Positions 19,668 to 28,922 of a DNA stretch of 64,000 nt are shown piece after piece. Position 1 is the stretch's first letter. Every line of letters starts with the position of its first letter. The stretch is from assembly GCA_964430565.1 (NCBI GenBank), contig CAYSFD010000016.1, forward strand, positions 14,902 to 78,901. Reading direction: 5' to 3'. The notes below the pieces were generated by a model, which saw only the letters and a list, made by a program, of their open reading frames with translations, made no database searches and was not told the origin of the DNA. Origin of the DNA: an uncultured Enterobacteriaceae bacterium (GTDB taxonomy: Bacteria; Pseudomonadota; Gammaproteobacteria; Burkholderiales; SG8-39). The position numbers and the translations under genes are program-made.

Positions 19668-20047
19668 TCGAGCTTGAGGCTTTGCGCGAGCCGCTCGGTC
19701 GCGCCTCCGGCGCGCACTTCGAACACCAACTCCCAGCGCCCCGCCATATGGAACATCAACCCCTCGGCGCGGTAGCGCCCGCCGCCCAGCGCTGCGACGG
19801 TCGGCCGGTAATTCATGCCGTGGCGATGCTCGGGCATGGTGGCGTCCACGCGCACGCCTTCCGGCGCCGGGCACACCGCGAATTCAAGGGCGAAGTGCTC
19901 GCCGACGCGCGGCGCGGGCTGCGCGCGGTAGAGGACGACGTGACGGGGAGATTCGATTCTCTGCGCACCGCCGCCGGGCAGCTCACAGGCCTGTGCGGCA
20001 GTCGAAGCCGCCGCGGCCAGTGCGGCGAGCAGCAGCGCCCGCGTCAT
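19664..20047 (-). CDS. secreted small protein, YtkA/FixH-like fold candidate with Met/His-rich loop
   Basis: MTRALLLAALAAAASTAAQA signal peptide. DATMPEHRHGMNYRP loop. ATGA overlap with the upstream gene and GTGA overlap with the downstream peroxidase gene. Confidence 0.6.
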   Translation of the reverse strand: MTRALLLAALAAAASTAAQACELPGGGAQRIESPRHVVLYRAQPAPRVGEHFALEFAVCPAPEGVRVDATMPEHRHGMNYRPTVAALGGGRYRAEGLMFHMAGRWELVFEVRAGGATERLAQSLKLE

Positions 20048-20850
20048 TTCTTGGGCGCGAACAGCGCCTCGCCGTTCCTCCAGGCGATGCGCTCGGCGAC
20101 CTGCGGCGGCAGATCGGCGAGCCAGCCGCGCGCCCACACCGCGTGCTCGGCGACGTAATGCCAGCGCTCCGGCGTGTAGGTATCGGTGCCGAGCAGGAAG
20201 CGATCGGGGAATTCCAGGAAAGCCTTGCGCCATTCGGCATCGACCTTGCCTCCGGAGGCCTGGTCGGTGCGGAAAGCGAGATCGCACCAGAGGTTCTTGT
20301 GCTTGCGCAGCATCTCGCGCACGCGCTCGGGACGGTCGAATCCCGAATGCGCCCACAGGATCTTCGCCTGCGGCCACTGCTTGAACAGGCGCTCGACCGC
20401 TTCGACATCGGAATGCGCGTGCAGGAAAAGGCCGTGCTGCTTCGCCAGCTCGACCAAACGGCGCGGAACTGGAAGGTCCGCGTCGGCACCGTATAAGTGG
20501 AACTCGCCGATCCCCGCGTAGCGGAATTTCTTCAGCCGCTCCTCGAGGTAGGCCGGAAGGGTTTCGTCGCGGAACCAGGTGCCGGTGTCGCCGCGCGAGC
20601 GGTAGGGGCGCAGCTCGGGGACGATCAAATCGGGCGCCTCGGCGGCCAGGCGCTGCTGGCCGTCGTCGCCCGAGCTGGAAACAAGCGCACGCTTCACGCC
20701 CGCCTTGCGCAGCATCGCGATCGCCTGCTTGGGCGGCACCACGTCCCACGCATCGTGGCTGTAGTGCAGGTGCGCGTCGAAAATCGGCAGATCGGCGGCC
20801 CGCGCCGCGACCGGCGCGAGGGCCAATGCCAGCAATGCAATCCAGTGCAT
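20044..20850 (-). CDS. secreted amidohydrolase-family (TIM-barrel metal hydrolase) protein
   Basis: Signal peptide MHWIALLALALAPVAARA. IFDAHLHY is an HxH metal motif. Also LHAHS and LGTDTY. Confidence 0.7.
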   Translation of the reverse strand: MHWIALLALALAPVAARAADLPIFDAHLHYSHDAWDVVPPKQAIAMLRKAGVKRALVSSSGDDGQQRLAAEAPDLIVPELRPYRSRGDTGTWFRDETLPAYLEERLKKFRYAGIGEFHLYGADADLPVPRRLVELAKQHGLFLHAHSDVEAVERLFKQWPQAKILWAHSGFDRPERVREMLRKHKNLWCDLAFRTDQASGGKVDAEWRKAFLEFPDRFLLGTDTYTPERWHYVAEHAVWARGWLADLPPQVAERIAWRNGEALFAPKK

Positions 20851-20868
20851 GCGCCGATTCTACCCTCG

Positions 20869-22011
20869 TCAGGTCTTGGGAATCTCTTTCCCGGGATCGA
20901 TGAACGGTTTTGGAACGACCGCCGCACGCCGCTTTCCGACCCCCGGGATTGTCACTTGCAGTGCAGTTCCCGGCGCGGCCTGCGCCGCGGGAAGCATGGC
21001 GTAGCCGATGTTTTTCTCCAGGCGCGGCGAATACACCGCCGAGGTGACGCGGCCGACCGTCTCGCCGCTGGAGGCGACGGGCCATGCCACTGCGTTCATT
21101 TCGATGCGCGGGCCCTCGATCTCGATACCTACCAGCTTGCGCCTAACGCCTTCGGCCTTGATGCGCTTCAGGGCCGCGCTGCCGATGTAGTCCGCGGATT
21201 TGCCTTCGTCCACAAGATAGTCGAGCCCGACCTCGTAGAGGTTGTTCTCGATCATCATGTCGGTGCCCCAGTTGAGGATGCCCGCCTCGACGCGGCGGAT
21301 GTCCGATGGGCCGGTCGGGCGGATGTTGCTGGCCTTGCCGGCCTCCATGATCCGCTCCCACAGCTCGTCGCCGCGGCTGCCGTCGCGCAGATACACCTCG
21401 TAGCCCACTTCGCCGGTCCAGCCGGTGCGCGTCACGACCAGTGGGATGCCGTCGAGCCTGGTCTCGATGAACCAGTAGTAACGCAGCGACGTCACGGCAT
21501 CGCCGAACAGCGCCTGCACGACATCCTTCGCCTTCGGGCCCTGGATTTGCAGCGGCGACACGTCGGGCTCGGTGATCTTCACCCGAAGCCCCGACTTGAG
21601 CGCCACGCCGCGGGCCCACAGCAGCACGTCGCTGTCGGCGAGCGCGAGCCAGAAGTGGTTCTCGCCCAGGCGCAGCAGCACCGGGTCGTTGATTATGCCG
21701 CCGTCCTCCGCCGTGATCGCCACGTACTTGCCCTGGCCGACCGCGCAGCGCGAGAGATCGCGCGGCGTCAGCATGTTCGTGAACGCGAGCGCGTCGGGCC
21801 CGGTGATCTCGACCTGCCGCTCGACCGAGACGTCCCACAGCGTGACGTGGTTGAGGAGATGCCAGTATTCTTCCTCCAAGTCGGCGAAGCCGATCGGGAA
21901 GAGCATATGGTTATATACAGTGTAGGCCTTCGCCCCGTGGCGCTGCGTCGCCTCGAAGAAGGGGCTGCGGCGCAACCGCGCGCCGCGCTGGACGAGATTC
22001 ATGTCAAACAT
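20869..22011 (-). CDS. aminomethyltransferase (glycine-cleavage T-protein / DmdA-like folate-dependent demethylase family)
   Basis: 380-aa ORF. TLWDVSVERQVEITGPDA, TRTGWTGEVGYEVY and the C-terminal barrel segment are typical of the GcvT family. Confidence 0.8.
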   Translation of the reverse strand: MFDMNLVQRGARLRRSPFFEATQRHGAKAYTVYNHMLFPIGFADLEEEYWHLLNHVTLWDVSVERQVEITGPDALAFTNMLTPRDLSRCAVGQGKYVAITAEDGGIINDPVLLRLGENHFWLALADSDVLLWARGVALKSGLRVKITEPDVSPLQIQGPKAKDVVQALFGDAVTSLRYYWFIETRLDGIPLVVTRTGWTGEVGYEVYLRDGSRGDELWERIMEAGKASNIRPTGPSDIRRVEAGILNWGTDMMIENNLYEVGLDYLVDEGKSADYIGSAALKRIKAEGVRRKLVGIEIEGPRIEMNAVAWPVASSGETVGRVTSAVYSPRLEKNIGYAMLPAAQAAPGTALQVTIPGVGKRRAAVVPKPFIDPGKEIPKT

Positions 22012-22222
22012 GTCTGTCGATGAAGCCTGATTGATGGTGCGTGAGGTGAGTCGGGCTGCGCGCAGTTTACAGCCCGGGCCCCAAATGCGGTAGAGCCCGG
22101 CGCGGCGCGACCGATAGCGGTCCGACTAGCAACTCGATGCGGCGCACTTGCCTGAAAGAGACCAAACCGGGCACCATGGGCCACCAGGCTGACGGATAGT
22201 CAGCCCATTTCTGGAGGAGAAC

Positions 22223-24097
22223 ATGAGCCGCAACCTGCACGTCGGAGAGCAACACATTCCCAACCCCTCGCAGAATCCGAGCTTCGGCGAGATCCTGCTG
22301 TCCCGCCGCGATCTGCTGAAAGCGGCCTTCAGCTCCGCGGCGCTCGCGGCCCTTCCCGGCTGCGCGGCCCAGGGCACGCGCCCGCAAATTAGTTTCACGC
22401 CGATTCCGCCCTCGAACGACGACCAGCTGCGCATCGCGCCGGAATACGACGCCAGGGTGCTCTACCGCTGGGGCGACCCGGTGGGCGTCCCTGGCGCGAT
22501 GCCGGCGTTCAAAACCGACGCCTCGAACACCGCCGCCGAGCAGGCGCTGCAGGCGGGAATGCATCACGATGGGATGCATTTCTTTCCGCTTGCCGGCTCC
22601 GCGCACGGCCTGCTGGTGATGAACCACGAATACCTGGACGAAGGACTGCTGTTCACCGACGGCCAGAAGACCTGGAGCGCGGAAAAAGTGGCGAAAGCGC
22701 AGAACGCCGTCGGCGTCTCGGTGATCGAAGTGAAGCTCGAAGGCGGCGAGTGGCGCGTGTTGCCCTCCAAGTACGCGCGCCGCGTCACCGCGCGCACGCC
22801 CTGCGGCGTCGCCGGGCCGGCGGCCGGCCACGCGCTCATGCGCACCGCCGCTGATCCTTCCGGCCGTGTGGCGATCGGCACCTACAACGGCTGCGCCCAC
22901 GGCTGGACGCCGTGGGGAACCTACCTCACCTGCGAAGAGAACTGGCACTTCAATTTCGTCAACGCGGGCGAAATCACCGCCGACCAGCGGCGCTATCGCA
23001 TGACGGCGAAGGGACGCGGCTACCGCTGGGAGGCGCACGACGAGCGCTTCGACGCGGGGCGTCACCCGAATGAATTCCACCGCTTCGGCTGGGTCGTGGA
23101 GATCGACCCCTTCGACCCGGACTCGGTGCCGGTGAAGCGCACTGCGCTCGGCCGCATGGGGCACGAAGGCGCCGCCTGCTCGGTCGGAGCGAACCGACGC
23201 ATGGCCTTCTACATGGGCGACGACTGGAATTTCGAGTACGTCTACAAATTCGTGACCGCGCTCGCCTGGAATCCCGAGAACCGCGAATCGAACCGCAACC
23301 TGCTGGACGACGGCACGCTCTACGTCGCGCGCTTCAACGCCGATGGAACAGGGGAGTGGCTGCCGCTCATACACGGCGCGGGCCCGCTCACCGCGGCGAA
23401 CGGCTTTCGCGATCAGGGAGAAGTGGCGATCAGGACACGCCAGGCAGCCGACGCCGTCGGCGCGACCAAGATGGACCGCGCCGAGTGGATCGTGCCGCAC
23501 CCGGTGACGCGCGAAGTGTTCTGTGCCTGCAGCAACAACTCCGAGCGCGGGCGCGACAAATTCGAGGGCCCGAACGCGGCCAATCGCCGTGCGCCGAATC
23601 CCTTCGGCCACATCGTGCGCTGGCGCGAGGAAGGCGCCGATCCTGCGGCGACGCGCTTCCGCTGGGATGTCATGGTCGAGGCGGGACCCGAGGGCAAGAA
23701 CACGATCAAGGGCGACGCCTTCGCCTGCCCCGACGGGCTGTGGATCGACTCGGCGGGGACGCTGTGGGTGCAGACCGACGTTTCACCCACCGTGCTCGGG
23801 AAGGGCGATTTCGCGCCGCTCGGCAACAACCAGCTGCTGGCAGTGGATCCGTCCACGGGAGTCTTCCGGCGCTTCCTCACCGGACCGCGCGGTTGCGAGA
23901 TCACGGGCTTTCACACGACGCCGGACAACCGCACGGCCTTCGTCAACATCCAGCACCCCGGCGAGGTTCCCGGCGACCGCTCCAACCCGGACAATCCGCG
24001 TGCGCTGTCGAACTGGCCGGACTACGCACCGAACGGCCGCCCGCGCTCGGCGACCGTGGCCATCCGCCGCAAGGACGGAGGCATCGTCGGCACATGA
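22223..24097 (+). CDS. phoX: PhoX-family (DUF839) secreted phosphatase
   Basis: Tat signal SRRDLLKAAFSSAALAAL. PhoX-like segments MHHDGMHFFP, GCAHGWTPWGTYLTCEEN, FVNIQHPGE. GGAGGAG RBS before the ATG. Confidence 0.85.
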   Translation: MSRNLHVGEQHIPNPSQNPSFGEILLSRRDLLKAAFSSAALAALPGCAAQGTRPQISFTPIPPSNDDQLRIAPEYDARVLYRWGDPVGVPGAMPAFKTDASNTAAEQALQAGMHHDGMHFFPLAGSAHGLLVMNHEYLDEGLLFTDGQKTWSAEKVAKAQNAVGVSVIEVKLEGGEWRVLPSKYARRVTARTPCGVAGPAAGHALMRTAADPSGRVAIGTYNGCAHGWTPWGTYLTCEENWHFNFVNAGEITADQRRYRMTAKGRGYRWEAHDERFDAGRHPNEFHRFGWVVEIDPFDPDSVPVKRTALGRMGHEGAACSVGANRRMAFYMGDDWNFEYVYKFVTALAWNPENRESNRNLLDDGTLYVARFNADGTGEWLPLIHGAGPLTAANGFRDQGEVAIRTRQAADAVGATKMDRAEWIVPHPVTREVFCACSNNSERGRDKFEGPNAANRRAPNPFGHIVRWREEGADPAATRFRWDVMVEAGPEGKNTIKGDAFACPDGLWIDSAGTLWVQTDVSPTVLGKGDFAPLGNNQLLAVDPSTGVFRRFLTGPRGCEITGFHTTPDNRTAFVNIQHPGEVPGDRSNPDNPRALSNWPDYAPNGRPRSATVAIRRKDGGIVGT

Positions 24098-24115
24098 AAC
24101 CGATGGAGAAGCGCT

Positions 24116-25462
24116 TTGGCGGCAACGGTCACTGAAGCGGCACCGCGCGACGCCGGCGATTTCGCCTCCGACTGCTCGCGCTACGCGCGATTCTGGGAGC
24201 AGAGCGCGGCGTTGCTCGCGGGTATGCCTGCGAAGCCTGCGCGCAACGCGGAGCAGGCGGATACTGCCGAGCAAATCAAGCGGGCCGCACGCGACTCACG
24301 CAGCCGCTTCCTTTCCGCCCACGTCGAGACGATCTACGACCGGCTCACGCAGAACCGGTCGCGCTTTGTCCGCGTCGAGCAGCTCGTGTACGAGGCGTCG
24401 GAGCGCGTGCCGGGGCTCGCCCCGACGCGCGCGCAGGTTGACGCGGAGTCCGTGCTCCTGCAGCGTGACAAGGAAGGGATCGAGATCGACCAGGGGATCT
24501 TCGTCTCCGCGGTACTCGCGAATCCGCGCGCCGGCCGTCACCTCTGCCATGCGATGCTGCTTCCCCACCCCGGGACTGCCGAACGAATCCCGGAACTTGA
24601 AAAGAGCGCTCGCGTGGATCTCGGCGCGGCCGAAGTCTTCCGCAGGGGCAAGGCCTCGCACGTGATCCAGAAGAATCCCCGCCACCTGAACGCCGAGGAC
24701 GACACGACCATCGACGCAGCGGAGATCGCAGTGGACCTCGCGATCATCGATCCGCACTCCCAGATCTGCGTGCTGCGCGGGGACCACGTGCAAAGCGGAA
24801 AGTATCAAGGGCGCCGCGTGCTCGGCAGCGGCATCAACCTGACCCACCTCTACCACGGCAAGGTGCCGTTCATCTGGTACGTGCAGCGTGACCTGGGGAT
24901 CGTCAACAAGATCTATCGGGGCCTCGCGCGCCCGGACGCGGTGCCCGACGACATCACCGGGCAAACCGTCGAGAAGCCCTGGATCGCAGCCGTGGAGGGA
25001 TTCGCCATCGGCGGGCACTGCCAGTACCTGCTCGTCATGGACTACGTGCTCGCGGCCAAGGATGCATACCTGAGCCTGCCCGCTCGAAAGGAAGGCATCA
25101 TCCCCGGCGCCGCCAACCTGCGCCTGCCGCGCTTCACCGGGGACCGCATCGCGCGCCAGGCGATCATGGCCGAGCGCCGGATCGAGTGCGACAGCCCCGA
25201 GGGACGGCTGATCTGCGACGAAGTGGTTGCGGAAGGCGACATGGACGGCGCGATCGAGCGCGTCGTCGACAAGCTGACCGGATCGGGCGTGGTCAGTGCC
25301 GCGGCGAACCGGCGGGCGTTCAGAATCGCGCAGGAGCCTCTTGACCTGTTTCGCAATTACTTTGCCCTGTACGCGCTCGAGCAGGCCTACTGCCACTTCA
25401 GCCCCGCGCTGATCGCCAACCTCGAACAGAACTGGAATGCGAAAAACCGCAAGATGGACTGA
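24116..25462 (+). CDS. DpgC-like crotonase-fold protein (3,5-dihydroxyphenylacetyl-CoA 1,2-dioxygenase family)
   Basis: By-eye match to DpgC as I recall it: LNAEDDTTIDAAEIAVDLA, SGINLTHLYHG, EKPWIAAVEGFAIGGHCQYLLVMDYVLAAKDAYLSLPARKEGIIPGAANLRLPRF. The ORF-track start is a TTG at 24116; the first ATG is at 24224. Confidence 0.65.
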   Translation: MAATVTEAAPRDAGDFASDCSRYARFWEQSAALLAGMPAKPARNAEQADTAEQIKRAARDSRSRFLSAHVETIYDRLTQNRSRFVRVEQLVYEASERVPGLAPTRAQVDAESVLLQRDKEGIEIDQGIFVSAVLANPRAGRHLCHAMLLPHPGTAERIPELEKSARVDLGAAEVFRRGKASHVIQKNPRHLNAEDDTTIDAAEIAVDLAIIDPHSQICVLRGDHVQSGKYQGRRVLGSGINLTHLYHGKVPFIWYVQRDLGIVNKIYRGLARPDAVPDDITGQTVEKPWIAAVEGFAIGGHCQYLLVMDYVLAAKDAYLSLPARKEGIIPGAANLRLPRFTGDRIARQAIMAERRIECDSPEGRLICDEVVAEGDMDGAIERVVDKLTGSGVVSAAANRRAFRIAQEPLDLFRNYFALYALEQAYCHFSPALIANLEQNWNAKNRKMD

Positions 25463-26396
25463 AGCCGCCCAGGCGTTCCTCGGCGCGACGCTGCTTCTCG
25501 CGGCAGGGGCTGTGCTCGCGCAGGGATTCCCTTCCAAGCCGGTTCGCATCGTCGTGCCGTTCCCGCCGGGCGGCGGCGCCGACACGCTCGCCCGCATCAT
25601 GGAGCCGCGGCTCGCCGCGATCTGGGGGCAGCCGATCGTCGTCGAGAACCGCCCCGGCGCGAGCGGTCACATCGGCGCGGATGTCGTCGCCAAATCTGCG
25701 CCCGACGGCCATACGCTGCTGATGAGCTCGACCGCGTCGCTCACCGAGAAGAACGTGGACCAGTTCGCACCGGTATCGCTGGTCTCGGCCTCGGCTTACG
25801 TCGTCACCGCGAACCCGGGCGTAGCGGCCGCGAACATCCGCGAGCTGATCGCACTCGCCAGGACGAATCCGGGCAAGCTTACTTTCGCCTCCTCCGGCGC
25901 GGGCGCCGCGTCGCATCTTTCGGCGGAGCTCTTCAAGGCGATGGCGGGCGTGGATCTGCTGCACGTGCCCTACAAAGGCACCGGGCAGGCCGTCACCGAC
26001 CTGCTCGCGGGCCACGTAAACCTGCTGTTCGCGCCCGCGCAGGTGGTGATGCAGCACGTGCAGGCGGGCAAGCTCAAGGCGCTCGCCCTCACCGGGTCGA
26101 AACGCTCGGAGACGCTGCCCAATCTCCCGACCGTCGCGGAGTCGGGGCTGCCCGGCTACGAGGCCGTCGGCTGGTTCGGCCTGCTTGCGCCCGCAGCGAC
26201 GCCGAAGGCCGCGGTGGCCAAAGCGAGCGCCGACGTGAACCGGGTGCTCGCCGAGCGCGAGGTACGCGAGAAAATGCTCGGGCTGGGGAGCGAGCCCGCC
26301 GGCAACACACCCGAAGCATTCGCGCGCTTCATCCGCGCCGACCAGGCGAAATGGTCGAAGCTGATGAAGGAGGCGGGAATCACGGTTTCCCAGTAG
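25437..26396 (+). CDS. Bug-family (TctC-like) periplasmic substrate-binding protein
   Basis: 319-aa ORF overlapping the preceding gene by 26 nt. Motifs FPSKPVRIVVPFPPGGG, ENRPGAS, VPYKG. Confidence 0.9.
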   Translation: MRKTARWTEAAQAFLGATLLLAAGAVLAQGFPSKPVRIVVPFPPGGGADTLARIMEPRLAAIWGQPIVVENRPGASGHIGADVVAKSAPDGHTLLMSSTASLTEKNVDQFAPVSLVSASAYVVTANPGVAAANIRELIALARTNPGKLTFASSGAGAASHLSAELFKAMAGVDLLHVPYKGTGQAVTDLLAGHVNLLFAPAQVVMQHVQAGKLKALALTGSKRSETLPNLPTVAESGLPGYEAVGWFGLLAPAATPKAAVAKASADVNRVLAEREVREKMLGLGSEPAGNTPEAFARFIRADQAKWSKLMKEAGITVSQ

Positions 26397-26498
26397 GCGC
26401 GAGCGCCCTATAGGGATGTGCCAACGGCGTGACGCCGTTCACGCTGCCCCGGGAACCAGACGTTTTCTTCACGGACCTGATCTCGTATCATCGCAACC

Positions 26499-27218
26499 AT
26501 GAACCTTTCCGACCCGATCGTGGCCGCGTTCATCGCCGCCGGCGCCACGGTGCTGGCCACCCTCGTCCAGCTGCGCATCTCCTGGCGCAAGGAGTTGAGG
26601 GAGCGCGAGCGCGGGCAGCCCATCACGAAGAAAACTCGGCGCGGACCGGTCACGGTCGTTTTCTTGATGATGATCGCTGCGGCGGTCGGCGGGTTTGCGC
26701 TCTCTCAATATTTCGTGTCGCTGCGCGAAGGCGACCGGGACGCCCTGCGCGCCGATCTGCAATCGAAGCTCTCCGAGATCAACGCGACCGCGATGCGGCT
26801 GGAGCAGGCGCGGTTGAACGAGCGCGATCAGATCGAAACGGGCGCCCGCCGCGCGGATGCCGCGCGCCTGGGCGAGGATGGCGTCACCGCGAGCGTCGTG
26901 GTCGGCCCTTGCCCGGCCGTCCCCGCGGACAAGCAGGATTGCACCGAAAAGAGCGCGGTGCGCGTTGCCGTATGCGCCAAGGTGCCGGCCTCGGCGAGCG
27001 TCAAGGAAGTGCTGCTCTACACCCGCTTCGAGGACTCGCAGGCGCCCTGGGCGGACGCGCGCGTACAGCCTGGACAGGACGCGGGGCAGGCGCGGTTCAC
27101 GGACAAGGCCCTAGAGCGACCCGACGGCGATGGAGTGAAGCAGATCTGCCAGACGTTCGTGAACTGGAACCGCGAGAAGTCGCGCCTTGCGCGGATTCTC
27201 GTCAAGTACGCGCAGTAG
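26499..27218 (+). CDS. hypothetical membrane protein
   Basis: 239-aa ORF. Two predicted TM helices (IVAAFIAAGATVLATLV, VVFLMMIAAAVGGFALSQYF), then a coiled-coil-like stretch and a Cys-containing domain. No family recognised. Confidence 0.5.
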   Translation: MNLSDPIVAAFIAAGATVLATLVQLRISWRKELRERERGQPITKKTRRGPVTVVFLMMIAAAVGGFALSQYFVSLREGDRDALRADLQSKLSEINATAMRLEQARLNERDQIETGARRADAARLGEDGVTASVVVGPCPAVPADKQDCTEKSAVRVAVCAKVPASASVKEVLLYTRFEDSQAPWADARVQPGQDAGQARFTDKALERPDGDGVKQICQTFVNWNREKSRLARILVKYAQ

Positions 27219-27248
27219 GCACCCTGCCCGCCCCGCCCCCTCTTCGCC

Positions 27249-28046
27249 TCAGCGGTAGGCGGCGGGATTCCAGGTGTGGACTTCGTCCCGTCCTTCCTTG
27301 CACCAGGCGTAGAGCGCGTCGTACATCACCATGCCGTGCCTGAGCATCTCATGGTCGTCGGCGAAGTTGCGCGACAACCCGAGCGAGATCGCCGCGAGCC
27401 CCGGCGCCTGCGGCGCGAGATCCAGCTGCGCGGTGTCCGCGCCGCGCACGATGACGGCGAGCTGCTCGAGCGCCGGGTCGGCAAGGCGGTAGTGCTTGAG
27501 GAACGCATCGAAGCTGCAGCGCTCGCCTTCGTGCGAGAAGTGAACGTCGGGAATGTCGTAAGGCGTTGCTTCGCGCTCCTTCGCGGCCTCCAGCACCTGC
27601 TTCGTCGGCACGTACAGGAACTCCGCTTCCGCGTCGACGAAGCGCGCGATCAGCCACGGACAGGCGATGCGGTCTATCTTCGGCCGCTCGCGCGTCACCC
27701 AGCGGGTGTTGGCGCCGGCGGGCTTTGCGTCGAGCGCACCGCCCGCGGCCTTCCAGCCCTCTTCGAATCCGCTCTGCAAGTACTGGGCGGCGATGCCGCG
27801 CTCGGCGAGCGCCTTTGCAGCCCCCTGGCTCACCTCGTGCCCGTGGACGCAGTACGTAACGACGCGGCTCGCGCGCGGCAGCGAGGGCGCCCACTCGGCG
27901 ACGCGTTCCGGATCGCGCCACAGCGCGCCCGCGATCATGCCGGTCGCGGCCTGAAACATCGGCCGCCGCCGCACGTCGATGATCAATGGAGGCCGGCCGC
28001 TCGCAAGCGCCGACAAGAGTTCCCTGCTCGATGTGGATGTGTCCAT
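27249..28046 (-). CDS. rhodanese domain / ChrB C-terminal domain fusion protein
   Basis: Met 40 of ORF 27249..28163, with AGGAGG upstream. Rhodanese loop is VVTYCVHGHEVS. ChrB_C-like segment is WVTRERPKIDRIACPWLIARFVDAEAEFLYV...CSFDAFLKHY. Confidence 0.75.
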   Translation of the reverse strand: MDTSTSSRELLSALASGRPPLIIDVRRRPMFQAATGMIAGALWRDPERVAEWAPSLPRASRVVTYCVHGHEVSQGAAKALAERGIAAQYLQSGFEEGWKAAGGALDAKPAGANTRWVTRERPKIDRIACPWLIARFVDAEAEFLYVPTKQVLEAAKEREATPYDIPDVHFSHEGERCSFDAFLKHYRLADPALEQLAVIVRGADTAQLDLAPQAPGLAAISLGLSRNFADDHEMLRHGMVMYDALYAWCKEGRDEVHTWNPAAYR

Positions 28047-28242
28047 AGCTCCTCCTGACGAAGTCAAGTGAAGCAGAGCTTGGACGCGAGGCGTCTTGGA
28101 CCGGTGGGCCCGCGGGGAGTCTGCATTTTTCCCCGCGAGAGCGATATCGTCGTCCCGCGCCACCGCGATGTCAAGCGCGCAGTCGCGCCGGACATGACAC
28201 GCACATCGGTATCACAGCGTAGACTCCCGCTCCGAGAGCACG

Positions 28243-28830
28243 ATGACCCCGATCACCCAGGCACTTGTCATTGCCAACGTAGCCGTGTTCCTGCTGCAGT
28301 CCGTAAGCGGAGGACTGCTGGAGACGTGGTTCGCCCTCTGGCCGCCCGGGCACGGATTCGGGATCTGGCAGCTCGTCACCTACGGCTTCCTCCACGGCGG
28401 GCTCGCGCACATCATCTTCAACATGTTCGGGTTGTACATGTTCGGGAGCGATATCGAGCGGCTGTTCGGCTCGCGCTTTTTTCTGCGTTACTACTTCGCC
28501 TGCGTAGTCTCGGCCGCGCTGTGCCAGCTCGTGGTGATCAGCGTGACGGGCGGGCCCCCCTTTCCGACGCTGGGCGCCTCCGGCGGCGTCTATGGACTGC
28601 TGCTCGCCTTCGGCATCTATTTCCCGCGGCGCATGGTGATGCTGATCTTTCCGCCGATCCCGATGCAGGCGCGGTTCTTCGTGATTCTATTCGGCTCGAT
28701 CGAGCTCGTGCTCGGGGTCACCGGCACCGAAGCGGGGGTCGCGCACTTCGCGCACCTGGGCGGCATGCTCGGCGGCTGGCTGATGATCCAGTACCGTCGC
28801 CGCCGCTTTCCTTTCACGCCGCCGCGCTGA
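28243..28830 (+). CDS. rhomboid-family intramembrane serine protease
   Basis: 195-aa polytopic ORF. Motifs WQLVTYGFLHGGLAHIIFNM, GASGGVYGL (catalytic Ser) and AHFAHLGGMLGG (catalytic His). Confidence 0.85.
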   Translation: MTPITQALVIANVAVFLLQSVSGGLLETWFALWPPGHGFGIWQLVTYGFLHGGLAHIIFNMFGLYMFGSDIERLFGSRFFLRYYFACVVSAALCQLVVISVTGGPPFPTLGASGGVYGLLLAFGIYFPRRMVMLIFPPIPMQARFFVILFGSIELVLGVTGTEAGVAHFAHLGGMLGGWLMIQYRRRRFPFTPPR

Positions 28831-28922
28831 GCGGCGAGCGTGCGGGCCGCGACGGACCCGCGCGTTCGTTCGTTGCTACAATTCCCGGACGCGGCGAAGC
28901 GCGCCGAACGAAGGAGAGCACG

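Noticed and set aside
22188-22204. Palindrome GCTGAC-N5-GTCAGC just upstream of the phoX RBS, considered as a Pho box
   Set aside because: Pho boxes are direct repeats of a TGTCA-type heptamer at 11-bp spacing, whereas this is an inverted repeat. It may be another operator or an mRNA hairpin, but it cannot be assigned.
22067-23611. 514-aa minus-strand ORF. The same reasoning applies to 17748..19445 (+), 48696..50552 (+), 24296..25600 (-) and 15544..16776 (-).
   Set aside because: Each is antisense to a gene with strong family motifs (PhoX, DctM/CCP, molybdoenzyme, DpgC-like, DctP) and has Arg/Gly/Ala-biased composition.
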